Assembly: GCA_963727525.1 (NCBI GenBank)
Contig: CAVSGO010000006.1
Span: 160,001 to 224,000, forward strand
Direction: 5' to 3'
Source: an uncultured bacterium
Lineage (GTDB): Bacteria > Krumholzibacteriota > Krumholzibacteriia > LZORAL124-64-63
DNA length: 64,000 bases
In this document: positions 10,290 through 20,481 of the stretch, piece by piece
How the letters are laid out: each line of letters begins with the position of its first letter
How positions within the stretch are numbered: position 1 is the stretch's first letter
Made by a program: the position numbers and the translations under genes
The notes under the pieces: model-generated
Seen by the model: only the letters and a program-made list of their open reading frames with translations
What the model was told of the DNA's origin: nothing
Databases searched by the model: none

Positions 10290-10861
10290 CGCGGCAACGT
10301 CAAGCCCAGGGCCGTACGCAGCGAGGAGTCCGCGGTCGCGTCGAAGGGGCCGAACCAGCGCTGCGTGACGTGGCCGTCGCGGTCGACGAGCAGGGCGGCG
10401 ATGGCATTGGAGCCGTCGGTGCCGATCTGGTGCCGGAACCAGTCCTTGTCGAGGTACAGCGTGATCGTACGTTCGCGCTGTTCGCGGTCGGGGATGCCTT
10501 GACGCATGCCGCCGTCGATCACGCCCCGCATCCAGGCCATGCCGCGGCTGATCGTGGGCAGTTCGTAGTACGCGAAGTGAGGCGTTTCGAGGGGAATCTT
10601 CGCGAGCGGGCCGAGCCAGGTATCGATGTCTGCCTGCTGATCGCGCTCGTAGGCGACGAGGAGCAGGTTGATGTCGCCCGCGAGATCGTCAGGTAGCCGC
10701 AGGGTCCGCCCGCGGAGGTTCTCCGCCTCGAGCACGGGGAAGCGTGCGCCGGCCTCGGCGTCGCGGCGATCGATGATCTTCGTGGCATCGGCCGCGGCGC
10801 TGCCGGCGAGCAGCAGCGAGACGAGCGCGGTGCTGGCGAGGATCGAGGGAGACATGGGCAT
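10286..10861 (-). CDS. Secreted thioredoxin-fold-like protein without CxxC (ATP10-like)
   Basis: Signal peptide; FPVLEAENLRG...LPDD, LLVAYERDQQADIDTW, IDGGMRQGIP, LLVDRDGHV resemble bacterial ATP10/AhpC-like folds. Confidence 0.6.
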   Translation of the reverse strand: MPMSPSILASTALVSLLLAGSAAADATKIIDRRDAEAGARFPVLEAENLRGRTLRLPDDLAGDINLLLVAYERDQQADIDTWLGPLAKIPLETPHFAYYELPTISRGMAWMRGVIDGGMRQGIPDREQRERTITLYLDKDWFRHQIGTDGSNAIAALLVDRDGHVTQRWFGPFDATADSSLRTALGLTLPR

Positions 10862-10943
10862 GGATCCCGTCGTTTCCGGTGGCGTCCGTCACCAACGGAT
10901 AACCACGGCCCCGATCGCCCGCAAGGTTCCCGGCGGGAGGCGG

Positions 10944-11639
10944 TCAATGCAACGTCGTGTCGTCGGTACCGCCAGGGATCACGCGTAGGGGCGGAGGCGG
11001 AGGTGGCTCCGGGCATGGATCCAGATCCTCCAGCAACTCCAGATCGTCGAGCCGCGTGTCGAGGCAGTCCTCGGGGTCGCTGAAGGCGATGGTCTTGCAG
11101 TCGAAGTGGTTCGGATCGAAGTCGGCGCCCAGGACGGCGCGCGCGCCGCGCCGGTGCGGGTGGTGCGGATCGGCGACGGTCGCCAGCAGATCGCGGTAGC
11201 GCGCGATGTTGCCGCAGCCTTCGGGAGGGCTCGCGCGGCGACCCCCGATGCACTGTGGATACTCCTGACCGGGATCGCTCGGCATGATGCGTTCCAGCCG
11301 GAGCGTGAACGACCATCCGTCACCGCCACCGTAGACGTAGTTGCCTCGGCGGCTGTGCACGGTGAAGAACGCCGCGATGGGCACCTCCCAGCCGGGTATG
11401 AACGGTGCCAGTTCGTGCTCCTCGTCTTCGATCGGGATGCCGAGCACGATCTCCGCGCGCACGATGGGCACGGTGGCCACGAAGGCGTGTTCGTGGCGAT
11501 CGTCCCAGCCCATAACGTCCTGGATGGCCACGTGCAGGTCCCAGAACGTGGCCGTGCACGGCATGACCAGCCGGCGCCAGATGGGGGGCCGGATGCCGTC
11601 GAGGGCGATCCTGAACTGCAGGACATGGTCGAGTTTCAT
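10944..11639 (-). CDS. Plasmid pRiA4b ORF-3 family protein
   Basis: LQFRIALDGIRPPIWRRL, LHVAIQDVMGWDDRHEHAF, YVYGGGDGW, CIGGRRASPPEGCG. Confidence 0.88.
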   Translation of the reverse strand: MKLDHVLQFRIALDGIRPPIWRRLVMPCTATFWDLHVAIQDVMGWDDRHEHAFVATVPIVRAEIVLGIPIEDEEHELAPFIPGWEVPIAAFFTVHSRRGNYVYGGGDGWSFTLRLERIMPSDPGQEYPQCIGGRRASPPEGCGNIARYRDLLATVADPHHPHRRGARAVLGADFDPNHFDCKTIAFSDPEDCLDTRLDDLELLEDLDPCPEPPPPPPLRVIPGGTDDTTLH

Positions 11640-11782
11640 GATGGGCGCACCGTCAGCAGGAGCCGTGCCGCGTGGCTTTCGGGGTTACTGAAGCCATGTT
11701 GCGCGCCGCCGCGAACCTGACCCCGTCTCCGCCAGGCGACGGTGGGAGGTCCCGCGACACCCGGCGTTGACGCCGGTCGGCG

Positions 11783-12601
11783 TCACAAGGTCATGACAAG
11801 GCGCACGGCGACGATGAAGAGCAGCGCCGCGAACGTGCGGCGGAACCACACGCTCGCCACCTTGCGGTTGAGCCACGCGCCCACCTGGGCCATGGGCACG
11901 GCCGTGGCTCCGAGGCACAGCGCCGCGAGGGGGTTGACGTAGCCGAGGAAGCCATCGCCGATAGGCGGTTGCGGGCCGTGGGCCATGTAGCCGAGGGCGG
12001 CCGCGAGGGACGAGAAGCAGACGACACCGCTGGACGTACCGGCCAGGAAGCGCGACGGCACTCGCCCGATCAGCGCGAGCGCCGGCACCAGCACCACACC
12101 GCCGGCGAGGCCGCTGAACCCCGCGAAGAGTCCCACGCCGAGACCGACGAGCAACCACTGCCACCACGGCGCACGGCGGACGCGCGCCTCGCGGCCGGTG
12201 CCGGTCGCGTCCCGCCCGGCCGCCAGACGGACGGCGGAGACGACGAGGGCCACGGCCAGGAAAGCCTGTAGCCACTGCCCCCCGATGTGCGACGCCGCCC
12301 AGCTTCCGAACCAGGCGCCGGCGATGGTCGAGGGGACAATGGGCAGAGCCACGCGCCACAGCACGCGCCCGTGGCTCTGGTGCCGCGCGACCGAGGACCC
12401 CGTGTTGAATACCGCCACCGTGAGGCTCGTGGCCATGGCGGCCTGGACCACGGCGTGGTCCGGGAGCCCGAAGGCGCGGTACAGCGCGAGCAGCACCGGT
12501 ACCATGACGATGCCGCCGCCCACGCCGGCGAACCCTGCGACGAGACCAGCGAACACGCCGGCTCCAGCGAGCGACAGGATCTGGAGGAGCGAGAGTTCCA
12601 C
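11783..12601 (-). CDS. TauE/SafE sulfite exporter family membrane protein
   Basis: Duplicated AG..GVGGG..MVP and G.AGG..LVP motifs; ATSL/GTSS; about 8 TM segments. Confidence 0.9.
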   Translation of the reverse strand: MELSLLQILSLAGAGVFAGLVAGFAGVGGGIVMVPVLLALYRAFGLPDHAVVQAAMATSLTVAVFNTGSSVARHQSHGRVLWRVALPIVPSTIAGAWFGSWAASHIGGQWLQAFLAVALVVSAVRLAAGRDATGTGREARVRRAPWWQWLLVGLGVGLFAGFSGLAGGVVLVPALALIGRVPSRFLAGTSSGVVCFSSLAAALGYMAHGPQPPIGDGFLGYVNPLAALCLGATAVPMAQVGAWLNRKVASVWFRRTFAALLFIVAVRLVMTL

Positions 12602-12701
12602 GCGGCACCTCGAGTATCGACCGGGCAGGCACGGGCGAGCCCGCCCAAGATAGACGTCGAGGCGCCCCGCGCGTAGGGCGGACTCCCGCGTGCCGCAAGC
12701 A

Positions 12702-15700
12702 TCACCGCGCGAGCAGCATCTTGCCGGCCGTGATGCCGTCGTCCGTCACCAGCCGGACCAGGTACACGCCCGACGCTACGGTGCGTCCGCGGGCATCCGT
12801 TCCGTCCCAGATCACCTCGTGCGATCCCGCGTCGAGCGTGCCCGCGACCAGCCGGCGCACACGTTTGCCGTCGGGGGCGAACACGTCCAGTGTCGCCGCC
12901 ATGGCGCGTGGGAGCGAGAAGGCGATGGATGTCATCGGATTGAACGGATTCGGGTGGTTGCCGCGCAGCTTGACGGCGCCGGGTGTGTCGCCGTCGACCG
13001 CCGTGTCTTCCGCCACCTGCAGCGTCACCGGGATACGGGTCTCCCCGCCCGCGCTCGTGGTCACCCGCAGCAACGCATCCTGCGTGCCGCTGGAGACGTC
13101 CGCCGCGTGCAGCGTGACGACGATCGTGGCCTCGGCGCCTCCGGGTACCACGCCGTTCGCGAGGCCGGGCTGCACCCAGCTCACGTCGCGGCCCACAGCG
13201 AACACGCTGCTCGAGTCCGACAGGGCGGTGTCCTGCGCGTCGCTCACGCGGATGCGCGCGTATGGTCCGGGGTTGCCCGCCACGAGCCATGTCCACGCAC
13301 CGGCTGCCGCATCGACATCCGTGGCCAGGCCACTCCAGGGGCCGGCCTCGTCGCGCTGAATGGCCACGTCCACGAGACCCGACCCATTGCCCGCCGTGAA
13401 GGTGATCGGCAGCTCCTGACCGATCACCGCCACCGTGCCCGCCACGGGGGTGTGGAGATCGAGGTAGGGCTGGTCGCTCGTGAGCGTGATCGTTCCCACC
13501 ACCTGATCCGGCTGACCGTAGAGGCCGATATCCTCGAGGGAGTAGGCGAAGGTCACCTCGCCCGCGGCATCGGGTGCGAAGCTGACGTTCAGCGTGCCTG
13601 TGGCCGTGTTGCCCAGCGGGATGAAGGCGGAACCTCCGTCGGCCAACCCGTCCCAGACGGTGACCACCTCGTCGCCCGCCGGACCGAGCCAGGTGAGGGT
13701 GTCGCCGGTCGCCACCCCGAGATCGGTGGCGTCGTTGAGCGTGACGCCCGACGGACACTGCAAGGCCACGATCGTCAACAGCGGGAAGATGCCCTCGCCG
13801 TCCGCATACACGCTCATCGCGATATCGACGGTGGTGCCCGGTTCGAAGCTGGAGGTATCGAAGGTGAGGGTGGATCCGTCGAGGTTCGGAGGCGCCGGCG
13901 TGGCGGCGGCCTTGTGCGCGATCTCGGGCGGCAGCACCGCCGGATCCACCACGGCGACCGCGTAGCCGAGTTGTGATCCCGCCGCACCCGTGTTGGCCAC
14001 GTGCAACGTGCGCGTGACGTGCCCGCCGGGCGGTACCGTGACCACGATCGACGCAGGCGTGACCTCGGCCTGAGGCAGGGCGACCGCACCGATGGGTTCG
14101 AAGCGGATGGCGCGCCCCGCCTCGAGCGGCGTACCGCCGGCGGCGTACTGATTCCAGTAAGTGTAGAGCAGGCCGCCGGTGCGGTCGTGGTTCTGGATGC
14201 CGACCGTCGCGTAGCCGTCGCGCGTGTCGGTGTTGTGCACCTCGGCGTATTGCATGATGATGGCGCCGTCGCCCGTCGCCGTGGGATGCCAGGCCGGATC
14301 GAGCAGGATGACTTCGAAGTTCTCCCGCGCGCGCGAGAAGTTGTTGAGCAGGTTGTACCACTGCGCGATGAAGCGATGCTGCGCCGCGTCGTACCAGGTG
14401 TACACGTCGGCGTTGCCGATCTGGTACAGGTCGTCCCAGAAGACGGCGATCAGGCTGCCGGGACTTCCGGCCGCAGGCAGCGTGACGTTGCGATACTGCA
14501 CGAGCGGCGTCTCGCCCAGAGCGAGCCAGCCGTTGGAACAGATCGACACGCGGTCGAACGCGACACCGTAGTAGCGAAACGGGAACGGCAGGTCGATGGT
14601 CCGCGTCTGGTCCTGCTCGAAACCCTGGTCGTCGAGGTCGAGCGACACGCCGGGGCCTCCGCTCACCGGATCGAGAGCCACCCAATCGTAGACCGGCGCG
14701 TGGCCACTGGCGACGTCGGTATCGTCGAAGGCGTAGTAGCCGCCGGCCCCAGGTCCCGTGGGTGCGTCGGTGGCGGCGGTGCCCACGGTCACGGGCACAT
14801 CGCGGACCGACTGGCCGCCCGCCCCATCCGCGATCGTCAGCCGCAACACAGCGAGGTGACCGGGAAAGCAACCGGGCGCGATCGTGAGGCCGAAGGGGTC
14901 GAGCGTGTTCGCCGCCGCATCCCCGCTGCCGATCGCGCCGAAGCTCCCGGTGGTGTCGGTGATCTCGAGCCACGGGCTGTCCGTCGTCAACGTGGCGGCG
15001 GCATCGGGAGCGGCGACGCTGCCGTCGTTGGCGAGCGTGATGACGAGCGTGCCGGTCTGTCCGGGCTCGAACGTCTCGCCCTCGCTCCAGGTCGGATCGG
15101 ACACGGAGAAGGACGGGCCGTGCACCGTCGCCTGGACGACATCGGTGAAGGTAAGATCGGTGGCCGTCAGAGGCAGCGGCCACCTCACGACCGCACCATC
15201 GGGCGCGCCGGCATCCACCGCGATCGTGACCGGCGCCGCCGCCCACACCGTGTCGCCGGGCGCGATATCGCCGAAGCTCAGGACACCGGACACCACCCGA
15301 CCCCAGGGATCGCCGCCGATGAGCGTGCCGGCCACGGCGGAAGCCGTCGCGGTGCCGAGGTTGGTGATGGCCAGGGAGAGCAGCGCCGTCTCGCCGGGAT
15401 CGAGCATCCCGTCGCCGTTGCCGGCGCTGTCGTCGATGGTCATGGCGGCAACCTCGCAGGCGACAGCGACCTCGCCGACGGTGAGGTCGCCGCGATAGGG
15501 GATCATCCCCAGCGCCGTCGCCGTCACGGTGCACGTGCCGGCGGAGAGAGGCGGTGTGACGAGGGTCGTGGCACCGAATTCGCTGGTGTGGCCGACGACC
15601 TGCAGTTCACCCTCGCGGTACAGGCATACGCGCGCTCCCTGCACGGGAGCGCCGTCGGATACGACGCTGATCGTCACGCTGCCCGCGCCCACCGCGACCT

Positions 15701-17393
15701 GGGCGGGATAGTAGGCCGCGATCGCACTCGGGACGCCGAGCCAGATCGGCGTGGCCGGATCGCCCATGAGGTTGTTCCAGACGGCCCAGATCTCGGCTTT
15801 GTCGGGCTCGGCGAGGAAGTAATTGTCGTAGAGCTCCAGCTTGCCGAGGGTATGCGCCACGCCGATATGCGGGTCGCGCTCGAGTAGTCCGTTCCAGGTG
15901 CCCTGGTAGTAGCAGTTGTTGTACCGGGTATGAGTGCCGACGGTGGCCGTACCGATCGCCGCCACGGCGCCGCCGCCTGACGCCCGCAGGAATGCTTCCG
16001 AGTGGCATACATAGGAGCCGTCGAACGATCCCGTGTCGCAGGTCGGTATGATCGCCACCGGCAGGCGGCCACCATTCGTCAGCACGCCGATCAGGGCCGG
16101 AGAGATGCCGCTCATCTCCAGGTAGCCGCGGTAGCCGAAGGCGCTCTTGCCCAAGTTCAGCGACGTGAGGAACTGCGTGGAGAAGTCGCCGCCCCAGATC
16201 GTGTCGACGGCGCTGTAGCCGCTGGCGAGGAGCCGGCCCTTCAACCACTGGTTCACGGTGATCGTGGTGATGCCCGAAGAACTCGGGTCGCCGATGAGAC
16301 ACCCCTCGGTGAACCAGTTCGTGTCGTCCCGGGGAGGTGCCGTCTCGTAGTTCAGGACCTTGTTCACGATGACGCCGGCCGTCTCGAGGTCGGAGAAGCT
16401 GAGGCGCCCGATATGCACGTCGGAGAGGATGTCGTCGCCGTCGAGCAGCGTGTAATAGTGGTCGCCCTCGCCTCCGTACTGGGAGAGGCCCTCGTGCCAC
16501 GTGGGCACCCCCCAGGGCCCCCACGTGTCCCCGGCGAGCACCACGTACGTCAGTGGAGGGATGCCGGGATCGTCATACAGCGCCTGGAGCTGGGCCTTCA
16601 CGTCGGTGTTGGGACCGGGTCCATGGATGATTTCCACGTGGTAGCCCTCTTGCCGACGCCAGTCGATGAGTGGCTGGAGGGGCGTCAATGCCGTCTCGTA
16701 GCCGTACACGAGGGCCCACGTGCCCGGGCGGTCGTCCAGGGCGGCTCCGCGACGGCTCGCGGGTGCGGCCTTGCCGTCGGGCGCGTCGAACCGTAGCTCG
16801 ATCACCACGCGGCTCGCCGCCGCGATACGTCCATTCCCAGGATCATATGCCACGGGGATCACGTTCACCGCGACCACGGCCTGTCCTGCCATGATCTGCG
16901 CCGCACCCACCAGCACCTGCGCGCCGTCGACCCGCCCGGCGTGGATCACCGCGGCGGGCGCGGTCACGCGCACCCAGCCGGCACGCGCATATGCGCCGGG
17001 ATCGATCACCGGCGCCTTCGCACCGGCCGGCTGCACCGGAAGCAAGCACCCGCCTGGGAGGGCGTCCATCGTCGCATCCACCACGCGGGCGCCCACGCGG
17101 GCGCCGGCCGGAACCTCCACGAGGTGCCCCAGCACCGGCAGTCCCGGCGCGCCCGGTTCGCCGAGGAGCCCAGCGCCGTCGATCGTCAGCGCGGTATAGG
17201 TCGTGCCGTCCACGTCGACGATGGTGCGGTTCGGAGCCGGGATGGCGATCTCGATCCGCGTCGACACGGCGTCGCGCGCGATCACGCGCCAGCGGGCGCG
17301 TTCCGACGCACCGGCGGCGGGCAATGCCGCCAGGACCAGGCTCGTAGTGGTCAACATGCATGCGGCAGCGAGGCCGATACGACGATGGTGCAT
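12702..17393 (-). CDS. C25 (gingipain-like) family protein with propeptide, Ig-like repeats and FlgD/T9SS C-terminal domain
   Basis: Propeptide GEPGAPGLP; YVVLAGD, DHYYTLLDGDD...DVHIGRL, TCDTGSF, NLMGDP; C-terminal NHPNPFNP...WDGTDARGRTVASGVYLVRL. Confidence 0.88.
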   Translation of the reverse strand: MHHRRIGLAAACMLTTTSLVLAALPAAGASERARWRVIARDAVSTRIEIAIPAPNRTIVDVDGTTYTALTIDGAGLLGEPGAPGLPVLGHLVEVPAGARVGARVVDATMDALPGGCLLPVQPAGAKAPVIDPGAYARAGWVRVTAPAAVIHAGRVDGAQVLVGAAQIMAGQAVVAVNVIPVAYDPGNGRIAAASRVVIELRFDAPDGKAAPASRRGAALDDRPGTWALVYGYETALTPLQPLIDWRRQEGYHVEIIHGPGPNTDVKAQLQALYDDPGIPPLTYVVLAGDTWGPWGVPTWHEGLSQYGGEGDHYYTLLDGDDILSDVHIGRLSFSDLETAGVIVNKVLNYETAPPRDDTNWFTEGCLIGDPSSSGITTITVNQWLKGRLLASGYSAVDTIWGGDFSTQFLTSLNLGKSAFGYRGYLEMSGISPALIGVLTNGGRLPVAIIPTCDTGSFDGSYVCHSEAFLRASGGGAVAAIGTATVGTHTRYNNCYYQGTWNGLLERDPHIGVAHTLGKLELYDNYFLAEPDKAEIWAVWNNLMGDPATPIWLGVPSAIAAYYPAQVAVGAGSVTISVVSDGAPVQGARVCLYREGELQVVGHTSEFGATTLVTPPLSAGTCTVTATALGMIPYRGDLTVGEVAVACEVAAMTIDDSAGNGDGMLDPGETALLSLAITNLGTATASAVAGTLIGGDPWGRVVSGVLSFGDIAPGDTVWAAAPVTIAVDAGAPDGAVVRWPLPLTATDLTFTDVVQATVHGPSFSVSDPTWSEGETFEPGQTGTLVITLANDGSVAAPDAAATLTTDSPWLEITDTTGSFGAIGSGDAAANTLDPFGLTIAPGCFPGHLAVLRLTIADGAGGQSVRDVPVTVGTAATDAPTGPGAGGYYAFDDTDVASGHAPVYDWVALDPVSGGPGVSLDLDDQGFEQDQTRTIDLPFPFRYYGVAFDRVSICSNGWLALGETPLVQYRNVTLPAAGSPGSLIAVFWDDLYQIGNADVYTWYDAAQHRFIAQWYNLLNNFSRARENFEVILLDPAWHPTATGDGAIIMQYAEVHNTDTRDGYATVGIQNHDRTGGLLYTYWNQYAAGGTPLEAGRAIRFEPIGAVALPQAEVTPASIVVTVPPGGHVTRTLHVANTGAAGSQLGYAVAVVDPAVLPPEIAHKAAATPAPPNLDGSTLTFDTSSFEPGTTVDIAMSVYADGEGIFPLLTIVALQCPSGVTLNDATDLGVATGDTLTWLGPAGDEVVTVWDGLADGGSAFIPLGNTATGTLNVSFAPDAAGEVTFAYSLEDIGLYGQPDQVVGTITLTSDQPYLDLHTPVAGTVAVIGQELPITFTAGNGSGLVDVAIQRDEAGPWSGLATDVDAAAGAWTWLVAGNPGPYARIRVSDAQDTALSDSSSVFAVGRDVSWVQPGLANGVVPGGAEATIVVTLHAADVSSGTQDALLRVTTSAGGETRIPVTLQVAEDTAVDGDTPGAVKLRGNHPNPFNPMTSIAFSLPRAMAATLDVFAPDGKRVRRLVAGTLDAGSHEVIWDGTDARGRTVASGVYLVRLVTDDGITAGKMLLAR

Positions 17394-17470
17394 GGGAGGA
17401 TACTCCTACGACGATATGAGCCCGAGATCGGCATGACGATACGGAGGCCGCCGCTGTACGAGCAACACCG

Positions 17471-18388
17471 TCAGTGCGTGCGACGATTCAGCGCGGCCGC
17501 GCCCACGATGAGCAGTCCGCCCACGTAGCTCAGCACGTCGGGTCGCTCGCGCCAGATCAGGAGGCCGAGAGCAAGGGAGAACAGCACGTGGGCGTACGAG
17601 TAGATCGAGATGCGCGCGGCCGGTGCGTGGTGGTAGGACATGGTGAGGAAGATCTGTCCACCGGCGGCGAACACGCCCGTGCCCAGCAGCGCCAGCCACT
17701 GCCAGCCATGCGGCACGGACGTACCGCGCAGCAGGAAGGGCGCCACCATGACCGTCGAAATGAAGGAGAAGTAGAAGACGATGCGGCTCGGTGATTCCTT
17801 GCCCTTGAGCGCGCGCACGACCACGTAGGCGACCGCCGCGAACAGGCTCGACGCCAGCCCCGCCGCCGCCGGTAGCGGCGCCATGCCCAGCGTGGGCTTG
17901 AGCACCAGCGCCGCGCCCGCGAAGGCGATCATCACGCCGCCGAGCACGCGCCGCGTGATCCTCTCGCCGAGCACCATGGCCGCCAGTACCAGCACGAAGA
18001 ATGGCGAGAGCTTGTTCAGAAGGGCGGCGTCGGCGAGGAAGAGGTGGTCGACCGCGTAGAAGTACGATGCCACCCCCAGCAAGCCCGAAATCGAGCGCAG
18101 GATCAGCAGACGCAGGTGGCGCGTCGGGCCGAACGGATTCTCCCGCCGGGCCGCGAACGCGCCCGCCGTGATCGCCAGCGTCACCAGGTTGCGCGCCATC
18201 ACCTTCTCGGGCATGGGCAGGTCGCCGGAGAGCTTCACCATGGCCGCCATGAACGAGAAGCTCGCCGACGACACGAGCATGTACACCACCGCGCGGCCGA
18301 AGCGATCGGCGGCCAAGGGCTCGTGCCCCTCCGGCAGCAGGCGCTCGGGCGACCGGCGTTCCGCGAGTTGTCGTTCGGTTCGTGGCAT
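17471..18388 (-). CDS. DMT/EamA family transporter
   Basis: About 10 TM segments in two EamA repeats (LSPFFVLVLAAMVLGERI; GLLIWRERPD). Confidence 0.9.
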   Translation of the reverse strand: MPRTERQLAERRSPERLLPEGHEPLAADRFGRAVVYMLVSSASFSFMAAMVKLSGDLPMPEKVMARNLVTLAITAGAFAARRENPFGPTRHLRLLILRSISGLLGVASYFYAVDHLFLADAALLNKLSPFFVLVLAAMVLGERITRRVLGGVMIAFAGAALVLKPTLGMAPLPAAAGLASSLFAAVAYVVVRALKGKESPSRIVFYFSFISTVMVAPFLLRGTSVPHGWQWLALLGTGVFAAGGQIFLTMSYHHAPAARISIYSYAHVLFSLALGLLIWRERPDVLSYVGGLLIVGAAALNRRTH

Positions 18389-18474
18389 GCGATGCTGATG
18401 GGGTGAGGGTGATGGGCGTGCGACCCGCAGAAGGTAGGGCTCGCGCTTCCCTGCAGCCAGGACGAGGAGCGCGC

Positions 18475-19866
18475 ATGCGCGACGGCAACGTGACCATGCA
18501 CTGGGAAGACGCCGCGCTCGGCGCCGTGGTGGCCGATGTCTGCCGCCGCGTGCGGGACGCCGGCGGCCGCGCCTGGCTGGTGGGCGGCAGCGTGCGCGAC
18601 ACCCTGCGCGGCGAGGCCGCCCACGACGCCGACGCCGAGGTCCACGGCCTGACGCCGGATGCCGTCGACGCCGCCTTGCGCGGGGGCAGCTACGTCGTCG
18701 ACGCCGTGGGCAAGGCCTTCGCCGTGTTCAAGCTGCACGACTGGCCGGTCGATGTCGCCCTGCCCCGGCGCGAGCGCAAGACGGGCCCCGGCCACCGCGG
18801 ATTCGACGTGGAGGTCGACCCGCAGCTCGGACTTCCGGCCGCCGCCGCGCGCCGCGACTTCACGCTCAACGCGATCTATCTCGACCCCCTCACGGGCGAG
18901 CTGGCCGATCCGCTCGGCGGCCGGGACGATCTCGCTGCCGGTCGTCTGCGCCACTGTTCGGAGGCGTTCGCGGAGGATCCTCTGCGCGTGCTGCGCGCGA
19001 TGCAGCTCGTGGCCCGCTTCGACCTCGAGGTCGCGCCCGAGACGGTGGCGCTGTGCCGTGGGCTGCGCGCCGAGGAGCTGCCGGTGGAGCGTGTGGCCGG
19101 CGAGTGGGAGAAGCTCCTGTTGCAGGGTGAGACCCCATCGCGCGGACTGCACTTCCTGCGCGACGCGCACTGGCTGCGATATTACCCCGAACTGGCCCGC
19201 CTCGACGGCTGCGGCCAGAACGAGCGCCACCACCCGGAGGGCGACGTCCTCGTGCACACGGGCCTGTGCCTCGACGCCTTCGCCCGCCGCCGCCTCGGCG
19301 ACCGCCTCGAGGACCTCATCGTGGGCCTCGCCGTGCTGTGCCACGATCTCGGCAAGCCCGACACCGTCGCCGTGATCGACGGCGTGATCCGCACCTACAA
19401 CCACCACGCCGCCGGCGAGGCCCCCACCCGGTCCCTCCTCGCCCGCCTGACCCGCCGCCAGGACATCGTGACCCAGGTCCTGCCCCTCGTCCGCCACCAC
19501 AACGCCCCGAATTTCTTCTTCAAGGACGGCGCCGGCCCCGCCGCCATCCGCCGCCTCGCCCGCACCGTCGGCCGCCTCGACAGATTGGTCCGCGTCGCCC
19601 GCGCCGACTGGCAAGGCCGTGGCGATCTCGACTGCCCGTGCCCCGGCTGCGACTGGCTCCTCGAGCGCGCCGCCGACCTGGGCATCAGCGACCATGCGCC
19701 CACGCCGCTGGTGCAGGGAAGGCACCTCATCGCCCTGGGTCTGGAACCGAGCCCCCGGTTCAAGAAGCTCCTCGATGCATGCTACGAAGCCCAGCTCGAC
19801 GGGATCTTCACGGACGAAGCGGGCGCTCAGGTGTATGTCGAGGAGATGGTACGCCAGTGGCGATAG
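18475..19866 (+). CDS. cca: tRNA nucleotidyltransferase/poly(A) polymerase family protein with HD domain
   Basis: LVGGSVRD...HDAD, RRDFTLNA, EDPLRVLRA; HD domain HHPEGDVLVHT...LCHDLGKP. RBS GAGGAG before ATG 18475. Confidence 0.85.
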   Translation: MRDGNVTMHWEDAALGAVVADVCRRVRDAGGRAWLVGGSVRDTLRGEAAHDADAEVHGLTPDAVDAALRGGSYVVDAVGKAFAVFKLHDWPVDVALPRRERKTGPGHRGFDVEVDPQLGLPAAAARRDFTLNAIYLDPLTGELADPLGGRDDLAAGRLRHCSEAFAEDPLRVLRAMQLVARFDLEVAPETVALCRGLRAEELPVERVAGEWEKLLLQGETPSRGLHFLRDAHWLRYYPELARLDGCGQNERHHPEGDVLVHTGLCLDAFARRRLGDRLEDLIVGLAVLCHDLGKPDTVAVIDGVIRTYNHHAAGEAPTRSLLARLTRRQDIVTQVLPLVRHHNAPNFFFKDGAGPAAIRRLARTVGRLDRLVRVARADWQGRGDLDCPCPGCDWLLERAADLGISDHAPTPLVQGRHLIALGLEPSPRFKKLLDACYEAQLDGIFTDEAGAQVYVEEMVRQWR

Positions 19867-20025
19867 CGGGCCGTCTTCTAGGCCGTTGGTATTTGACGAA
19901 CCGTTTGGCCAGCCGGATCGGCCCGGTCACGTCGCTGGCAGGATCCGGCGCCGCGTCAGGACCGCCCGCTGCTCAACGTAGGCGTCGGGTACTGGAGACT
20001 CTGGAAGATTCAAAGGAGGTATTGC

Positions 20026-20406
20026 ATGAAGCGAGTCACCGGGATCGGAGGAGTATTTTTCAGGGCCAAGGACCCAGGGGCGCTGCAGATCTGGTACAAG
20101 ACACACCTCGGCATCGACGTTCAGGAATGGGGTGGCACCGCGTTTCGCTGGGTCGACGATGCTGGCACTCCAGCGAACGGCATGACCGTCTGGTCGATCG
20201 GGGATGGCTCGAACTTCGTTCCGGGTACGGCCCCCTTCATGATCAACTATCGGGTTGCGGACCTTCATGCACTGATGGAAGCACTCCGCAATGAGGGGTG
20301 CCAGGTTCTTGATAAGGTGGATGAATCAGAATTCGGGAAGTTCGGGTGGGTCGTCGATCCGGAAGGAAACAAGGTCGAGTTGTGGCAGCCGCCGGAGGGC
20401 CAGTAG
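20026..20406 (+). CDS. VOC/glyoxalase family protein
   Basis: RVTGIGGVFF, MINYRVADL, GKFGWVVDPEGNKVELWQP; RBS AGGAGG. Confidence 0.9.
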   Translation: MKRVTGIGGVFFRAKDPGALQIWYKTHLGIDVQEWGGTAFRWVDDAGTPANGMTVWSIGDGSNFVPGTAPFMINYRVADLHALMEALRNEGCQVLDKVDESEFGKFGWVVDPEGNKVELWQPPEGQ

Positions 20407-20481
20407 CCCCACGGCCTGCCGCGGCCCTAGAGGCAGCTTGCCGGTCGGGGCGCGCCACATTTCACCGAGGCGCGCCGGTCG

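Noticed and set aside
10944-11639. pRiA4b ORF-3 gene as evidence of a plasmid or mobile element
   Set aside because: The family is common on chromosomes; no integrase, transposase, rep gene or terminal repeats nearby
12070-15887. Long alternative-frame ORFs (e.g. 12070..15534, 14001..15887; also 21945..23957, 31726..33963)
   Set aside because: Shadow ORFs of high-GC coding DNA: Arg/Pro/Gly-rich, no motifs, and overlapping well-supported genes
19870-20410. Slightly lower-GC VOC gene as a mobile cassette
   Set aside because: No att sites, flanking repeats or recombinase seen; the composition shift was judged only by eye
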